Part shown: piece after piece, positions 63,727-64,000 of the stretch
How positions within the stretch are numbered: the first letter of the stretch is position 1
Layout: every line of letters starts with the position of its first letter
Assembly: GCF_021869535.1 (NCBI RefSeq)
Contig: NW_026262701.1
Coordinates: 37,696,001 to 37,760,000 of the forward strand
Direction of reading: 5' to 3'
Origin: Mytilus californianus
Lineage: Eukaryota
Length of the DNA: 64,000 nucleotides
Notes under the pieces: model-generated
What the model saw: only the letters and a program-made list of their open reading frames with translations
Told to the model about the DNA's origin: nothing
Databases searched by the model: none
Made by a program: the position numbers and the translations under genes

Positions 63727-64000
63727 TACAAAACTCTTTGCACCTTTGTTTGCGGTATACCATCTTTGCCGCAAGTTTATTGTTTTCTGTTTGGTATTAA
63801 ATTTTTAATTAAGATCCATTTATTACACCTTGTGATCCGTTTATTTGGCAATCGCCAATGGCAGTCAGCAGGGTTTAAGAACATTTGTTGTTCGACCTGT
63901 AAGTCAAATGCGTTTTGTTAAAATATACTTTTTCACTTTTTTGGTCTGTTGGAAAATGTTGTTTGTGCTGTATTTAGACCCCTCTAACAAGAAATTTGTT

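Larger units (their letters stand above)
62507..64000. repeat. Imperfect tandem repeat of a ~280-bp unit interleaved with the tRNA-like cassette and an HHR segment
   Basis: Unit pieces at ~62507-62603, ~63040-63242, ~63263-63540 and ~63800-64000 (runs off the window). Confidence 0.85.

Overview
AT-rich animal genomic DNA. The repeat families look like those of mytilid bivalves; this is recognition from memory, not a database result. The only intact host genes I can support are two tandem paralogous GT11 alpha-1,2-fucosyltransferase (FUT1/FUT2-like) genes on the minus strand. Each has a 30-nt ATG-bearing micro-exon spliced in phase 1 to a 986-nt main exon, giving a 332-aa type II membrane protein. 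They lie in a segmental duplication (copy 1 ~6075-16525, copy 2 ~21288-40590); copy 2 is swollen by nested insertions. The rest is mobile DNA: a ~4-kb intron-containing hAT element whose transposase has one in-frame stop; Penelope-like RT fragments; four hammerhead-ribozyme motifs (two with an intact catalytic core); SINEs; Helentron-type non-autonomous repeats; TIR MITEs with 3-bp or 5-bp TSDs; Crypton-like long hairpins; and a tRNA-like Pol III cassette. Several minisatellites are visibly derived from these elements. Two of them differ reciprocally between the paralogous blocks (~52 vs 1 unit; 2 vs ~22 units), and one has a ~295-bp higher-order period. Repeat counts are manual estimates.
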